A stretch of 64,000 bases of DNA from IMG/VR virus record IMGVR_UViG_2700989507_000006. One strand, 5' to 3'. Shown one piece after another: positions 43,352 through 53,876 of the stretch. The number at the start of each line of letters is the position of its first letter. The first letter of the stretch is position 1. This DNA is from a virus (taxonomy: Duplodnaviria; Heunggongvirae; Uroviricota; Caudoviricetes). The position numbers and the translations under genes are program-made. Under the pieces are notes generated by a model. It did not search any database. It was not told where the DNA came from and worked only from the letters and a program-made list of their open reading frames with translations.

Positions 43352-43596
43352 AAAAGCGATACTACACAGTAAAGCATGGGACGCTACGAGCATTACAAGA
43401 GTTTGCTGACAAGCATAACGTTGAGGTGCGCAGGGAAGGGGGAAGTAAAGCTCTGCGCATGTACCGTCCGGACGGGAAATGGCGTACGGTCGTCGATTTC
43501 AAAACTAACAGTGTTCCCCAGGGCGTCCGCGATCGGGCATTCGAAGAATGGGAGCAGATCATCATAGATAACGCATTGCTCCTGAATGCTGATTAA
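43348..43596 (+). CDS. small basic protein (P1 Lxc/Bof-like by position and size)
   Basis: 82-aa ORF overlapping the upstream stop by 4 bp. Confidence 0.45.
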   Translation: MKKRYYTVKHGTLRALQEFADKHNVEVRREGGSKALRMYRPDGKWRTVVDFKTNSVPQGVRDRAFEEWEQIIIDNALLLNAD

Positions 43597-43635
43597 ACTT
43601 TCCGCCCTTTTGCCCGGTCTATCGCCGGGCATCTT

Positions 43636-44277
43636 TCAGAGATAATTACCTTTACCCGTCAATTCCCCTTGTGGTACTTGTTTTTGCGCCAGTGTTTGGG
43701 TTCCGCGAATTATGTTAATCAGAGGGCTTAGTAACGATGGTTCCTGGCGTGCCTCAACTTCTCCAGCCATTGCCCTGATGTAGTCGGCGCTGGCAACGTT
43801 GTTGTATTCCGTCGCAAAGCAACATAGTAACGTCAGAACATGCTCTGTCGTTATTTCACTCCAGTTGATGTTGAAAAATTCATCGCCTTTTTTATCGTGT
43901 TCGGAATCGAAGATGCTTTGGTGGAGGATGTATTTGCCGGATTCCTTGCGCGGTAACTTGATCGCTTTCTGGCGTTCCAGCTCCTTGTAAATCTGCATTG
44001 CTTCAATCAGTACCGGCCTGCCGTTCATGAAGGGATCGCGCAACCTTACACGCTGGCCAACTCGACCAGTAATAAAGCTGTTTTCCTCTTCCACCAGCAC
44101 GATAAAACCCTTTTCCTCTTTTTCTCGCAATTCGCGCAGCAGCTGGAGTTCCATGTCGCGGCGGCGTTCAGGGTAGCTGGTCCGCTCAGCCATTATCAGC
44201 TCGTTGTTGATCCATGCAGCAGTCATTGACGCCGGTTTGCCGACGCTCATCGAAACAACGCATATTTTCTTATCCAT
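43636..44277 (-). CDS. hypothetical protein at the res-mod-equivalent locus (possibly Mat-like)
   Basis: 213-aa ORF with normal GC content; no motif recognised. Confidence 0.5.
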   Translation of the reverse strand: MDKKICVVSMSVGKPASMTAAWINNELIMAERTSYPERRRDMELQLLRELREKEEKGFIVLVEEENSFITGRVGQRVRLRDPFMNGRPVLIEAMQIYKELERQKAIKLPRKESGKYILHQSIFDSEHDKKGDEFFNINWSEITTEHVLTLLCCFATEYNNVASADYIRAMAGEVEARQEPSLLSPLINIIRGTQTLAQKQVPQGELTGKGNYL

Positions 44278-44295
44278 AGCGCCCCCTACAAAAAA

Positions 44296-44325
44296 AGAAA
44301 AGCCACCAGTGGCGGCTTAGCAATA
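44296..44325 (-). terminator. rho-independent terminator downstream of the AT-rich accessory gene
   Basis: Minus-strand reading aagccgccactggtggcttttctttttttg: hairpin plus T-run. Confidence 0.55.
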
Positions 44326-44435
44326 CAGCTGAAGGTAGCGCCCGGTACTCAGACTGTGCCGTCCATGGAATATTTGAAAAGGGATCCATCCGTACCGGGC
44401 GTGTGATGATTCTGACTGAAGTCACTTGTCAGTTG

Positions 44436-45185
44436 TCAACATTTTTGTTTTTGAGGATTAAATTTTTTGTCTAGATTATGAGCTAACTCACTAACCTTTT
44501 TGCGATTATCCGAATATAAATCACTTAGAATAAAATTCATGATCTCGTATGAGTTATCCAAGTCATCTGCGGTAACTTTTTCATAGCGGTGGCTACCCGC
44601 ATTTCCAAGAAACTTAATCGCAAATAACAGGCTTTTAAAGCCAGAATGTTCACTAGGGATCATCTCAATTCTATTATGGAGGTTAATTCTATTCCCATTT
44701 TCGCTTGTTTCAGTTACCCCGATAGCAGTAAGTAACCTTTCTACAGATGTTCTTATTAGATTTGCAGCGGCACCTGGATGAATTGTGCTTAGTGCAAACG
44801 AGGTGTTTATAGGCAAGGCTATGTCTTCAGGGCACATGTTCGGGATAAGAAATAGCTTTAACGCAGGAGTAAAACTTAATGGTTCATACCAGCGATAGTA
44901 ACTAAGCCCTTTATGTTCGCACCAATCTTGTTCTAGACCACTTCTGCCGATACATGCCACTACCTCCTTACATTGAGGTCTTACGCACTGTGACATACAA
45001 CTGAATACCGAGCTTGTATACTCTAAGTCAAACCATTCTTCACCCTCCATTTTGACAGTTTCAGCTGTATCCTTACAGATGAAAGATTCATCTAAAATTT
45101 TTAAAGTTGTTTGCCCACAATTAGGACATGGCCATTCAACCATTTTGTTGTCCCAAAATTTTTTGGGGATTTTGTGTATTGTCAT
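44436..45185 (-). CDS. zinc-ribbon plus DUF4145-like protein (AT-rich accessory gene, candidate defence function)
   Basis: 249 aa; N-terminal CPNC...C and CMSQCVRPQC Cys clusters; C-terminal ...FLGNAGSHRYEKVTADDLDNSYEIMNFILSDLY resembles DUF4145; clearly lower GC than flanking genes. Confidence 0.6.
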   Translation of the reverse strand: MTIHKIPKKFWDNKMVEWPCPNCGQTTLKILDESFICKDTAETVKMEGEEWFDLEYTSSVFSCMSQCVRPQCKEVVACIGRSGLEQDWCEHKGLSYYRWYEPLSFTPALKLFLIPNMCPEDIALPINTSFALSTIHPGAAANLIRTSVERLLTAIGVTETSENGNRINLHNRIEMIPSEHSGFKSLLFAIKFLGNAGSHRYEKVTADDLDNSYEIMNFILSDLYSDNRKKVSELAHNLDKKFNPQKQKC

Positions 45186-45271
45186 ATTTGGCTTATGCCC
45201 CGTATATGAAGAACTAATCTCGATAATAACAGAGAAGTTCTGTTTTAATAAAAATTAAAATAATAAATATA

Positions 45272-45832
45272 TTAGAATAATAAGTTTGCCATCTCATAGG
45301 CGTCAACCAACAGCTCCATCTCTGACTTGTTCCGCAGGGTGAATTCTTTCTTGCCTCCAACCACACCATCGGCATGAACAGGGACCAGCCAGGGGTATTT
45401 TGCTCTTACTTCAGCCGGTGCTGCATGCTGGTGGTGCCATCTACAAAGTGGCAATTGCTTTTTATGACAACCCGGCGCGGTACGACCGGAGATATGGTGC
45501 AGAGACACCTCTTCAGATATTACTCCATGCATGTAGCAGGCAATGCAGGGGAGAGCGCCAAGAGCATTGGCGATGCTCCGTTCCTCCGCCGTCGGTGTTC
45601 GCCCCTTCAAGCCACGAGATTTTATCTTTACCGCACTTTTCCGCGTTTTGCTGGCTGGTGGACGCTCTTTCTGTTTAGCGATACGGCGGTCGATAGAATC
45701 CCGCATTTTCTGATATTGCGATTCTCGCCAGGCGGGGTCAGCCAACTTTTCCCGTTGCCGAGCGATCGCTCGTTCTCTGGCTGCCTTCTGCCACTCGCGG
45801 CGCTGTTCAAGTTTTTGTTCGATTGTTTTCAT
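45272..45832 (-). CDS. ref: Ref recombination-enhancement HNH nuclease
   Basis: 186 aa from MKTIEQKLEQRREWQKAARERA...; HNH-type Cys/His motif ...CIACYMHG...HH...CRWHH; ORF track has a longer 212-aa version from 45910. Confidence 0.75.
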   Translation of the reverse strand: MKTIEQKLEQRREWQKAARERAIARQREKLADPAWRESQYQKMRDSIDRRIAKQKERPPASKTRKSAVKIKSRGLKGRTPTAEERSIANALGALPCIACYMHGVISEEVSLHHISGRTAPGCHKKQLPLCRWHHQHAAPAEVRAKYPWLVPVHADGVVGGKKEFTLRNKSEMELLVDAYEMANLLF

Positions 45833-45836
45833 ATGG

Positions 45837-45861
45837 CAAAAAAAAGGCGGCCTAATGGCCG
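45837..45861 (-). terminator. hairpin plus T-run immediately upstream of the ref start
   Basis: Minus-strand reading ggcggccattaggccgcctttttttt. Confidence 0.4.
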
Positions 45862-45929
45862 CCAATGATGTCAAGGAGTGAAGTAATGGCAACGTCTTCG
45901 TAGTTGACAAAAACTGCGGCTAAATTATA

Positions 45930-45946
45930 TCAATCAATTAGAGCAA
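45930..45946. promoter_or_regulatory. C1 repressor operator (about 14/17) at the ref promoter
   Basis: caatcaattagagcaat overlapping a TATAAT-like element on the minus strand. Confidence 0.5.
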
Positions 45947-46077
45947 TGGTAGATATTTTGTTTATCGCGAATCACATTTTTTCACTTCAGTACCTGTGTG
46001 CTATACTCCTTCTTGATTGATTGGATGCGGAATACAAACCCGCTCTTTTGTGCAGCCTGGCTCCTTGCCAGGCTTTT

Positions 46078-46389
46078 TTATTTCATCATGGAAGCTGTTA
46101 ACGCTTTGGATCTTGCTGAACTGATTGAAAGGGCATTGTTTACCTTACCCAAGAGTTGGCCAAATTCCGCCATCACTCTAGTAAGCCCGCGCCGCGCTTC
46201 CTCCTCCGTTGCATTCATCACAAAATGTTCAGCACTCCGCATGCTTTTAACGGGGAACGCAACAGATATCGAGTCGATATCAGGCATCCTATCACTCAAT
46301 TTTACGGTGACAATGACAGATGGTGACTGAATTTGAGAGCTTACAGACAGCACCACATATTTTCCGTCTATTTTGAAATCCTTCCGCAT
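46078..46389 (-). CDS. small protein between cre and ref (Cra-like by position)
   Basis: 103-aa ORF with plausible composition; the overlapping + strand ORF 45998..46330 looks antisense-like. Confidence 0.4.
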   Translation of the reverse strand: MRKDFKIDGKYVVLSVSSQIQSPSVIVTVKLSDRMPDIDSISVAFPVKSMRSAEHFVMNATEEEARRGLTRVMAEFGQLLGKVNNALSISSARSKALTASMMK

Positions 46390-46404
46390 GTGTCACCATA
46401 AATA

Positions 46405-46421
46405 TCAAATAATTAGAGCAA
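46405..46421. promoter_or_regulatory. C1 repressor operator (about 14/17)
   Basis: caaataattagagcaat between the cre stop and the downstream small gene. Confidence 0.45.
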
Positions 46422-46439
46422 TCAAGCGCAAATGAACGG

Positions 46440-47471
46440 CTAATCGCCATCTTCCAGCAGGCGCACCATTGCCCCCGTTTCACTATCCAGGTTACGAATG
46501 TAGTTCATGACAATATTTACGTTGGTCCAGCCACCAGCTTGCATGATCTCCGGTATTGAAACTCCGGCGCGGGCCATATCTCGCGCGGCACCGACACGGG
46601 CACTATGTCCAGACCAGGCCAGGTATCGCTGACCAGAGTCATCTTTTGCCCCGTAAATCAATCGGTGAGTTGCTTCAAAAATCCCTTCCAAGGCGCGAGT
46701 TGATAGCTGGCTGGTGGATGATGGCGCGGCAACACCATTTTTTCTGACGCGGCAAAACAGGTAGTTATTCGGATCATCAGCTACACCAGAGACAGAAATC
46801 CATCGCTCAACCAGTTTAGTTACCCCCAGGCTAAGTGCCTTCTCTACACCAGCGGTGCTAACCAGCGTTTTCGTTCTGCCAATATGGATTAACATTCTCC
46901 CACCGTCAGTACGTGAGATATCTTTAACCCTGATCCTGGAAATTTCGGCTATACGTAACAGGGTGTTATAAGCAATCCCCAGAAATGCCAGATTACGTAT
47001 ATCCTGGCAGCGATCGCTATTTTCCATAAGTGAACGAACCAGGTCGAAATCAGTGCGTTCGAACGCCAGTGCCTGTTTTGCACGTTCACCGGCATCAACG
47101 TTTTCTTTTCGGATCCGTCGCATGACCAGTGAAACAGCATTGCTGTCACTTGGTCGTGGCAGACCGGACCGACGATGAAGCATATTTAGCTGGCCCAAAT
47201 GTTGCTGGATAGTTTTCACTGCCAGACCGCGCGCCTGAAGATATAGAAGATAATCGCGAACATCTTCAGGTTCTGCGGGAAACCACTTCCGGTTATTCAA
47301 CTTGCACCATGCCGCCCACGACCGGCAAACGGACAGAAGCATTTTCCAGGTATGCTCAGAAAACGCCTGGCGATCCCTGAACATGTCCATCAGGTTCTTG
47401 CGAACCTCATCACTCGTTGCATCGACCGGTAATGCAGGCAAATTTTGGTGTACGGTCAGTAAATTGGACAT
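46440..47471 (-). CDS. cre: Cre site-specific tyrosine recombinase
   Basis: 343 aa starting MSNLLTVHQNLPALPVDATSDEVRKNLMDMFRDRQAFSEHTWK..., recognised as P1 Cre; loxP lies 419 bp upstream. Confidence 0.95.
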   Translation of the reverse strand: MSNLLTVHQNLPALPVDATSDEVRKNLMDMFRDRQAFSEHTWKMLLSVCRSWAAWCKLNNRKWFPAEPEDVRDYLLYLQARGLAVKTIQQHLGQLNMLHRRSGLPRPSDSNAVSLVMRRIRKENVDAGERAKQALAFERTDFDLVRSLMENSDRCQDIRNLAFLGIAYNTLLRIAEISRIRVKDISRTDGGRMLIHIGRTKTLVSTAGVEKALSLGVTKLVERWISVSGVADDPNNYLFCRVRKNGVAAPSSTSQLSTRALEGIFEATHRLIYGAKDDSGQRYLAWSGHSARVGAARDMARAGVSIPEIMQAGGWTNVNIVMNYIRNLDSETGAMVRLLEDGD

Positions 47472-47796
47472 TTAACACTCAGATAATGGTTTTAAGTAAA
47501 GTGTACAGGATCGGCTCTGCCTTTACCTGTTTATGGTTCTCGTCATAGAAACGCCAGCGACCGCGCGTGCGTTCTATTTTCTCTTCACCGCGCGATAATG
47601 ACAGTTGGCAACTATCACGATCAAACCCTTTTGCCCGCCAGTAACCACGGTTTTTCTCAAGCTCAAGATGAGTGGACACTTTAGCAGCTGAATATCCCAT
47701 TTTTCACCTCTGATTGATTGGTGGTGCTAAGTGCGCTACGCGAAATCTGGAGCACTAACACTGCCAACATTTCGCAGATTTTACGTAGCGCAACCT

Positions 47797-47868
47797 TGAT
47801 CAAATGATCAAGTGATCACTATTTGACCTGATAAGGTATTGAACTGTATGGATTTACAGGTAAATTGA
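47797..47868. promoter_or_regulatory. cluster of four GATC (Dam) sites in the cre promoter region
   Basis: tgatcaaatgatcaagtgatcac ... ttgatca within about 70 bp between cre and loxP. Confidence 0.45.
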
Positions 47869-47889
47869 TCATGTTCAATAACCCTTAAG

Positions 47890-47923
47890 ATAACTTCGTA
47901 TAATGTATGCTATACGAAGTTAT
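47890..47923. other. loxP recombination site
   Basis: Exact 34-bp ATAACTTCGTATA-ATGTATGC-TATACGAAGTTAT. Confidence 0.97.
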
Positions 47924-47966
47924 TAGGTCCGAAGAGGAGTTTACGTCCAGCTGCGCATAAAAATCA

Positions 47967-47983
47967 AGAATTATTAGAGCAAT
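47967..47983. promoter_or_regulatory. C1 repressor operator (15/17)
   Basis: agaattattagagcaat upstream of coi-c1. Confidence 0.55.
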
Positions 47984-48049
47984 AAATTTTGAGAGAAAAA
48001 TCCCACTCCACCAGCCAAAAACTGGATTGTTTTTCATAGTTGTTTGACA

Positions 48050-48066
48050 ATTGCTCTAATAAATTA
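48050..48066. promoter_or_regulatory. C1 repressor operator (16/17) overlapping a TTGACA promoter element
   Basis: ttgacaATTGCTCTAATAAATTAtagt. Confidence 0.6.
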
Positions 48067-48304
48067 TAGTTTTGCCGCCGTTTCGTAATACGACTTTGGA
48101 TTCACTATTTAATGTGTCTTCAGCGTTGTAGAGCGGCTCAGAAGGAAATGAGCAAACAGGGAAACCTTATACAACGGCATTACAGCTATGCATTGCTCAT
48201 CTTACACACAGCGCAATGTTGTTAGATTACCCCAGCATGGATCATGGGTGAAACAGTAGGTCAGAGCTTCAGGCTCTGTGTTGTCAATACAGTGAGGCAT
48301 AATT

Positions 48305-48514
48305 ATGGCTTTCATTCCACCAACCATCGACGACGTTAGACATTGCTCTAACGCTTTATCTGTAGACCCTGCCGAAACCGACGCTGCCCGCGCCATTGCT
48401 GAACACTACTCAAAGATATCCAATCAGGAGTACCGCATCACCCAAGACGACCTGGATGATCTCACTGACACAATCGAATATCTCATGGCCACTAACCAGC
48501 CAGACTCACAATAA
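48305..48514 (+). CDS. coi: Coi, C1 inactivator
   Basis: 69-aa ORF immediately upstream of c1 and downstream of the operator cluster; size and position match P1 Coi. Confidence 0.7.
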   Translation: MAFIPPTIDDVRHCSNALSVDPAETDAARAIAEHYSKISNQEYRITQDDLDDLTDTIEYLMATNQPDSQ

Positions 48515-48624
48515 ATGCACTAATAAATCTATTATTTTCGTTGGATCCTTCTATAATGGTGGCCAACAACTCCCAGTGTAATCCGCTGTGAGTTGTTGGC
48601 CATGTCAATTCTGGAGGAGGATCA

Positions 48625-49476
48625 ATGATAAATTATGTCTACGGCGAACAACTGTACCAGGAGTTCGTCAGCTTCAGGGATCTCTTTCTAAAAAAAGCTG
48701 TTGCACGCGCCCAACACGTTGATGCCGCCAGCGACGGTCGTCCTGTTCGCCCGGTTGTCGTTCTACCGTTCAAAGAAACGGACAGCATTCAGGCTGAAAT
48801 TGATAAATGGACTTTAATGGCGCGGGAACTGGAACAGTACCCAGACCTCAATATCCCAAAGACTATTTTATATCCAGTGCCTAACATCCTTCGCGGTGTG
48901 CGTAAGGTTACAACTTATCAGACAGAAGCTGTGAACAGCGTCAACATGACCGCTGGCCGCATTATTCATCTGATTGATAAGGACATTCGCATCCAGAAAA
49001 GCGCGGGGATCAATGAGCACAGTGCGAAATACATAGAGAACCTGGAAGCAACAAAAGAGCTAATGAAGCAGTACCCGGAGGATGAAAAATTCCGTATGCG
49101 TGTACACGGCTTTAGCGAAACAATGCTGCGCGTCCATTACATTTCCAGTAGCCCTAACTACAATGATGGTAAATCAGTTAGTTACCATGTGCCGCTGTGT
49201 GGTGTGTTTATCTGCGATGAAACTCTCCGTGATGGAATCATCATCAACGGTGAATTCGAGAAAGCAAAATTTAGCCTTTATGACTCTATAGAACCGATCA
49301 TCTGCGACCGCTGGCCGCAGGCAAAAATATATCGCCTGGCAGATATTGAAAATGTAAAAAAACAAATTGCCATCACTCGCGAAGAGAAAAAGGTCAAATC
49401 AGCCGCATCAGTTACGCGCAGCCGTAAAACTAAGAAGGGGCAGCCAGTAAACGACAACCCCGAAAGCGCGCAATAG
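48625..49476 (+). CDS. c1: C1 immunity repressor
   Basis: 283 aa; RBS ggaggagg; preceded by a 12-bp-stem hairpin; size and context match P1 C1, and its operators are present throughout the window. Confidence 0.85.
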   Translation: MINYVYGEQLYQEFVSFRDLFLKKAVARAQHVDAASDGRPVRPVVVLPFKETDSIQAEIDKWTLMARELEQYPDLNIPKTILYPVPNILRGVRKVTTYQTEAVNSVNMTAGRIIHLIDKDIRIQKSAGINEHSAKYIENLEATKELMKQYPEDEKFRMRVHGFSETMLRVHYISSSPNYNDGKSVSYHVPLCGVFICDETLRDGIIINGEFEKAKFSLYDSIEPIICDRWPQAKIYRLADIENVKKQIAITREEKKVKSAASVTRSRKTKKGQPVNDNPESAQ

Positions 49477-49500
49477 TTTCCATCCGGCATGGTCAATGAG

Positions 49501-50985
49501 TTATTCATTAAGCCATGCCAGAGCTTCATCAACCTGCGCTTCGTCTTCGACGCTAAGCACTTCATCCTGGGGAACATAATCCGCCAGCATAGCGAAACAA
49601 TATGTATCCCAATGGTCTGGTGAGTGCAGGTTGAGTTTTTTCTTCATATCCTCCTTACTCATCACCTTCCATTGACCTGCGGAGTTAATCCCTACAGGGA
49701 TTTTCGACGCTTCCTCAATAGTTTCATTACCCTTATCCAGTCTCATACGACCTGATTTTACGGCCTCTGCGGCTTGAACGTTGGCATAAGCACGCTTATC
49801 AAAGTACAGGCTCTTATCTTCACGGCTATGCATCTTTTTACCCCAGCGTATACGCTGTACGGTAATACCATAATACTCGTACATCAGATCCGCCGTTGCT
49901 TTACCCAGCCCATCGCCGTCTATCGCTATGGTGATATTTGGGAATCGCTCAGGATTACATTCTGCGAAAATTTTGGCGGCAAGCTGCGTTTCTGTAACGT
50001 CTGTGTATTCCAGCATTCGATAGTTGATTACACGGCGTTTATTTCGCTGGCCGGACACCATCATGATATTGATAACGGACTTATCCCGTCCCGTACCACC
50101 AGCAACGTCCACACATGCAAGCCAGCCCCATCCTTTGGCAATCTTGACTTTCCGCCGCGTTGCACGTTCAACCTCATCACGTCCAAGAAGGAAGCCATCC
50201 TGTGATTTAGGGAATAGGCCGCGTACCTTAATCATGTACATAGGGTTATCACGCCCGCCGTACTCCGCCAGCTTCATTTTGATAAATGCTGGCGTTACCA
50301 ACGGTGATTCCTCACTGTTAAGCGTGATCGCCGTATAAACACCATCAGGGTTACCAGGACGCTTGGCCAGTTTATGGTGTGTATCGTAGAAATAGCCGCT
50401 TGGGCGTGTAGGCTGTGACAGCAATAAGATGCGGTTATCCTGTCCGGTAAGAGCACCGGTGATGATACCGAAAGCTCTATCACTGACACCGGAGGCTTCA
50501 TCGATAATATACAGAAGATGATCTGCGTGTTCACCGGCGAGAGCTTCTTCACTTCCCAGACGAAAGCCCTTCGGTACTACAGTCCATACACCTTTACCAG
50601 TAACCTCATAGAAAGCGGTTTCTGTCAGAACAAAATAATCAGCAAGCCATGGAAAACGGCTGGTGGCAGTAGCCCAGTTTATCTTGATGTACTTGAATAT
50701 ACCGGTCATTACCTGCTGAATTTTGTTCGCAACGATAATGGCGCGGGCACCGGGATACATGATTATGAACAACATGATCATGATAGAAGTCATGTCTGAT
50801 TTCCCGGTACCGTGACCAGACGAAACAGATGTCTTGCTACCCTGTTCCTGCACAGACTCAATAATCAGATCCTGCTGCCAGGTAGGTGTTTTGCCGAACA
50901 AAACATCAGCGGCCGCAATCCAGTCATAACGATATAGCGCCACCAGCTCGCGCCAACGTGGATCCGTTACGCAACTTCTGGCCAT
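49501..50985 (-). CDS. pacB: terminase large subunit PacB
   Basis: 494 aa; Walker A GHGTGKSD, Walker [13 protein letters not shown]-terminal nuclease region; overlaps the pacA stop. Confidence 0.9.
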   Translation of the reverse strand: MARSCVTDPRWRELVALYRYDWIAAADVLFGKTPTWQQDLIIESVQEQGSKTSVSSGHGTGKSDMTSIMIMLFIIMYPGARAIIVANKIQQVMTGIFKYIKINWATATSRFPWLADYFVLTETAFYEVTGKGVWTVVPKGFRLGSEEALAGEHADHLLYIIDEASGVSDRAFGIITGALTGQDNRILLLSQPTRPSGYFYDTHHKLAKRPGNPDGVYTAITLNSEESPLVTPAFIKMKLAEYGGRDNPMYMIKVRGLFPKSQDGFLLGRDEVERATRRKVKIAKGWGWLACVDVAGGTGRDKSVINIMMVSGQRNKRRVINYRMLEYTDVTETQLAAKIFAECNPERFPNITIAIDGDGLGKATADLMYEYYGITVQRIRWGKKMHSREDKSLYFDKRAYANVQAAEAVKSGRMRLDKGNETIEEASKIPVGINSAGQWKVMSKEDMKKKLNLHSPDHWDTYCFAMLADYVPQDEVLSVEDEAQVDEALAWLNE

Positions 50986-52178
50986 TAATCATCATCCCCG
51001 TATAGCTTGCGGGTAACTTCTTCGTCTTCCTCCTCGTCTTCGTCCAGGTCTTGTTCCAGCCATGGGTCGTTTGATACACCTTCAGTATCAACATCTCCAT
51101 AACCGCCTGTATCAACGATATCGGCGATTTCTTCCCTACGCTGCTCAATCCACAATGCGGCATCCGCGCGGCGGTTGGCGGCCCGTTCTCGCGCAACTTT
51201 GTCCAGATCTTCAAGAGAAGGGCCACCGACGGCTGTTTGCCTTTCCTCATCATCGGTATTGGTCTTAGGAGCACGCAGATCGGCTTTGATTTGCTCCAGC
51301 ATCAGGGGCGGCACTTTCCCGCCATGCGCCTCGATGAATTCAGCTGCTTCCAGCACTGACCAGTTATTTTCACGCTTTCGTTCGTATGCCAGCTTAACAA
51401 TGCCAGCTTGCCCCATAGACAAAGCGTGCTTTTCCGCCTCCCGGCTTTCTTTTCGATAGTTATTCCGGATGCTGTAAATGGTGTTGATCAGGCTGCTTAT
51501 CTGCGCGGAACAGCTGTTTAGCATGCTCGCGATACGATATTCAGGCGGAGTCCCTTCATCATCGTCTTTTTGCTGATCGCGCATTTCCTGCACCAGACGA
51601 ATACACGTATCCCTGGCGTTCTCCAGCATAAGGAGATGAGAAAGAGACTTTTCCAGAAGAGTGGTTTCCAGAACATCGGCCCCGGACCGACGCAACATAG
51701 CGCGCGCGGCCTTCCGCGCTTCAACGTTATCTATCAGGTAATCGCCAGCTTCGAATTCAAAGCGTTCACCATCATCATCCAGGGTGTCGCGTTCCAGGCG
51801 ATCACGTAAGGTTCGGTGGGCACGGGTGATCACGTCATGATCATCAGAACGATCATTTATGCGCTTATTTTGGCGCTTAGCGTTCTCGACTGCGGCACTG
51901 ACAACAGCATTAACTCTTTGTTTTTCAGCCATTTCAGCCACAATGTGATCACCTGCACGTTGATCATTAGCGTGATCAATGATCATGCTTTTTAGTGGTT
52001 TCCTGACAGGCTTATTTGGCTTACGGCTGTCCGCTGTTCCGGTGTCTTCTTTGAATGCACGGAGATAACGACGTGCGGTGTTTGGGTTGAGATTAAACTC
52101 GGCGGCATATTGTGCGATGGTGTAACCACCATCTCGCGCCAGGCGAGCAAAATTCTTCTTGTGATCGTCCCAGGTCAC
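50985..52178 (-). CDS. pacA: terminase small subunit PacA (contains the pac site)
   Basis: 397 aa; N-terminal HTH-like region; the pac hexamer cluster lies in its 5' third. Confidence 0.9.
   Translation of the reverse strand: MTWDDHKKNFARLARDGGYTIAQYAAEFNLNPNTARRYLRAFKEDTGTADSRKPNKPVRKPLKSMIIDHANDQRAGDHIVAEMAEKQRVNAVVSAAVENAKRQNKRINDRSDDHDVITRAHRTLRDRLERDTLDDDGERFEFEAGDYLIDNVEARKAARAMLRRSGADVLETTLLEKSLSHLLMLENARDTCIRLVQEMRDQQKDDDEGTPPEYRIASMLNSCSAQISSLINTIYSIRNNYRKESREAEKHALSMGQAGIVKLAYERKRENNWSVLEAAEFIEAHGGKVPPLMLEQIKADLRAPKTNTDDEERQTAVGGPSLEDLDKVARERAANRRADAALWIEQRREEIADIVDTGGYGDVDTEGVSNDPWLEQDLDEDEEEDEEVTRKLYGDDD
51826..51986. other. pac packaging site (3 + 4 TGATCA/G hexamers flanking the cleavage region)
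   Basis: GATC-containing hexamers at 51828, 51837, 51851 and at 51947, 51962, 51974, 51981, inside pacA. Confidence 0.8.
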
Positions 52179-52264
52179 TTATGCTTCCTTTCGTATAAAA
52201 CTCTTTTTGACGCGAGGGTAACGAAAGTCACATGTCAAAAGGCCCGGAACGGGCAAGCAATCAA

Positions 52265-52717
52265 TCAGATACGTGCGGATGTGGCATTACCGTAATGACG
52301 GTGCTGACGGACCACCTTATTGAAAAGTTGACGCGCCATCACCCAAGGCTGGTGCTCCCGGCGTTCCTTTTCGTCCTGCGTCATATAGAGTTCGTTCTGG
52401 AGTTTTTCATCAAACCGGCGCGGAGCGCGGCTGCGGCGAAAGAATTCAGGATTCAGAGAGTGGATCTGAAATCTACGTGGGCGTGTACTGTCATCAATCA
52501 AAACAGACGAATACTTAGACACAGCGATAGCCTTTAAGCGCAGATAAACATCGCGCTTATCGACATCCAGATGCGGGTATTCCTTTTCAAGAATTGCTGC
52601 GAGTTCTTTCGCTGATAGAAGAGATTTAGTGCGGATCATGTAATCCGCAATCTCGTACGATGTTATTCGTGAGTGATTTATTTCCATGAAGTGGCGTCCC
52701 TGCCAGTTAAGTAACAT
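52265..52717 (-). CDS. lpa: late promoter activator (Lpa-like)
   Basis: About 140-150 aa directly upstream of pacA with a C1 operator in front; start may be the internal MEINHSR. Confidence 0.55.
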   Translation of the reverse strand: MLLNWQGRHFMEINHSRITSYEIADYMIRTKSLLSAKELAAILEKEYPHLDVDKRDVYLRLKAIAVSKYSSVLIDDSTRPRRFQIHSLNPEFFRRSRAPRRFDEKLQNELYMTQDEKERREHQPWVMARQLFNKVVRQHRHYGNATSARI

Positions 52718-52787
52718 CCTGTCACCTACTGATTAGCCCATGTCAACTAATCAACGTGGAATATAATACCCTCGATTAAAGAAATAG

Positions 52788-52804
52788 CAATACATTAGAG
52801 CAAT
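52788..52804. promoter_or_regulatory. C1 repressor operator (about 14/17) upstream of lpa
   Basis: caatacattagagcaat. Confidence 0.5.
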
Positions 52805-52805
52805 T

Positions 52806-53849
52806 TTATCTAACGCTCGACGAGTGACTTGTGATAGCGCCGACTCCAAGCGCGTAATCAAAGAACAATCGTTGATGCATCGCCAGCCTACCGTGCGTCT
52901 TCTCCCAATTATCGCGGTCACGCTCAATATCACGCTGGCATGACTGGCACAGAGGAATTGCGTAAATGTCATGCGCGCATAATCGACTATGACGAACGAT
53001 ATAAGGCGTAATGCGAGCGCCAGCTCCCGCAGCTCCACATCCACAGCACGGACGGGAAGCAACAAAGTCCATGTACTCGGGTAATTTTAGCGATTGCAGT
53101 TTTGGTATTTTGAAATGCGCCATGCCAGGGTCGGAGTCAACATCCACAGGGCATACTTTTGCACGCATCGGCGCGGCGCGTTCTTCCATCATCTGAACAT
53201 ATGCTGTAGCACGATCGTCGTACGGGCGAATATCCGCCTCTTTCAAAGGTCCGCTATCCTGCGGAGCAGCCTTCATCTTATTTATTGATATGCGGCAGAC
53301 TTCTTCCGGCATCAGGTGCATCATGTTACGCATGAAAGCCCACCAGCACAGCTCCTGAATACTTAAATCATGGCTATCTGAAAGGCCCATTTCCTGACGG
53401 GCGACATCCAGTATCCAGTTAACGCGATTATTATGCAGCGTTTCTTTCAGCTCATTAAAACCACGCATCCGGTAATGGTTATCGTGATGCCAGCACAGCA
53501 ACACCGCGCTATTGTCTCGTTCTGCGTGGACAATATGGTTGTCACACCAGCTACGATCTGCGGCCTGGCATTGCCCCTCTTTCCTGCGCAACCACGCCAC
53601 CAGCGCGTCAATTCCACCAATACGGCGAAACAGTTCATCGCTGTTAAAAAACGGCTGCAACGCCTCATTTGTTGCCATAGTTTGCTCGGAAACAACGAGG
53701 CCGTCGTCCATGTGCTCGATTAACTCACGCGGCACCGGCTCCATAATAAATTTACGGCCAGCCTCCACCAGCTTTCTGACTTCCTGATCCACTTTGAATG
53801 TGGCGACGCCAAGCTCTTTTTGTACAAAGGGAGTAATTACGGCTTTCAC
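52806..53849 (-). CDS. Cys-rich hypothetical protein (P1 PdcB-like by position)
   Basis: 347-aa ORF between the doc cluster and lpa. Confidence 0.5.
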   Translation of the reverse strand: MKAVITPFVQKELGVATFKVDQEVRKLVEAGRKFIMEPVPRELIEHMDDGLVVSEQTMATNEALQPFFNSDELFRRIGGIDALVAWLRRKEGQCQAADRSWCDNHIVHAERDNSAVLLCWHHDNHYRMRGFNELKETLHNNRVNWILDVARQEMGLSDSHDLSIQELCWWAFMRNMMHLMPEEVCRISINKMKAAPQDSGPLKEADIRPYDDRATAYVQMMEERAAPMRAKVCPVDVDSDPGMAHFKIPKLQSLKLPEYMDFVASRPCCGCGAAGAGARITPYIVRHSRLCAHDIYAIPLCQSCQRDIERDRDNWEKTHGRLAMHQRLFFDYALGVGAITSHSSSVR

Positions 53850-53876
53850 ATCACACCTTTCATCACTGATTGGGCT

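Noticed and set aside
45998-46330. 110-aa + strand ORF between ref and cre
   Set aside because: Overlaps a more plausible minus-strand ORF (46078..46389) that is in operon orientation with cre and ref; hydrophobic antisense-like composition.
47479-47700. 73-aa minus-strand ORF between loxP and cre
   Set aside because: Lies in the cre promoter/leader region and ends 8 bp before the cre start without an RBS; P1 has no gene annotated here as far as I recall.
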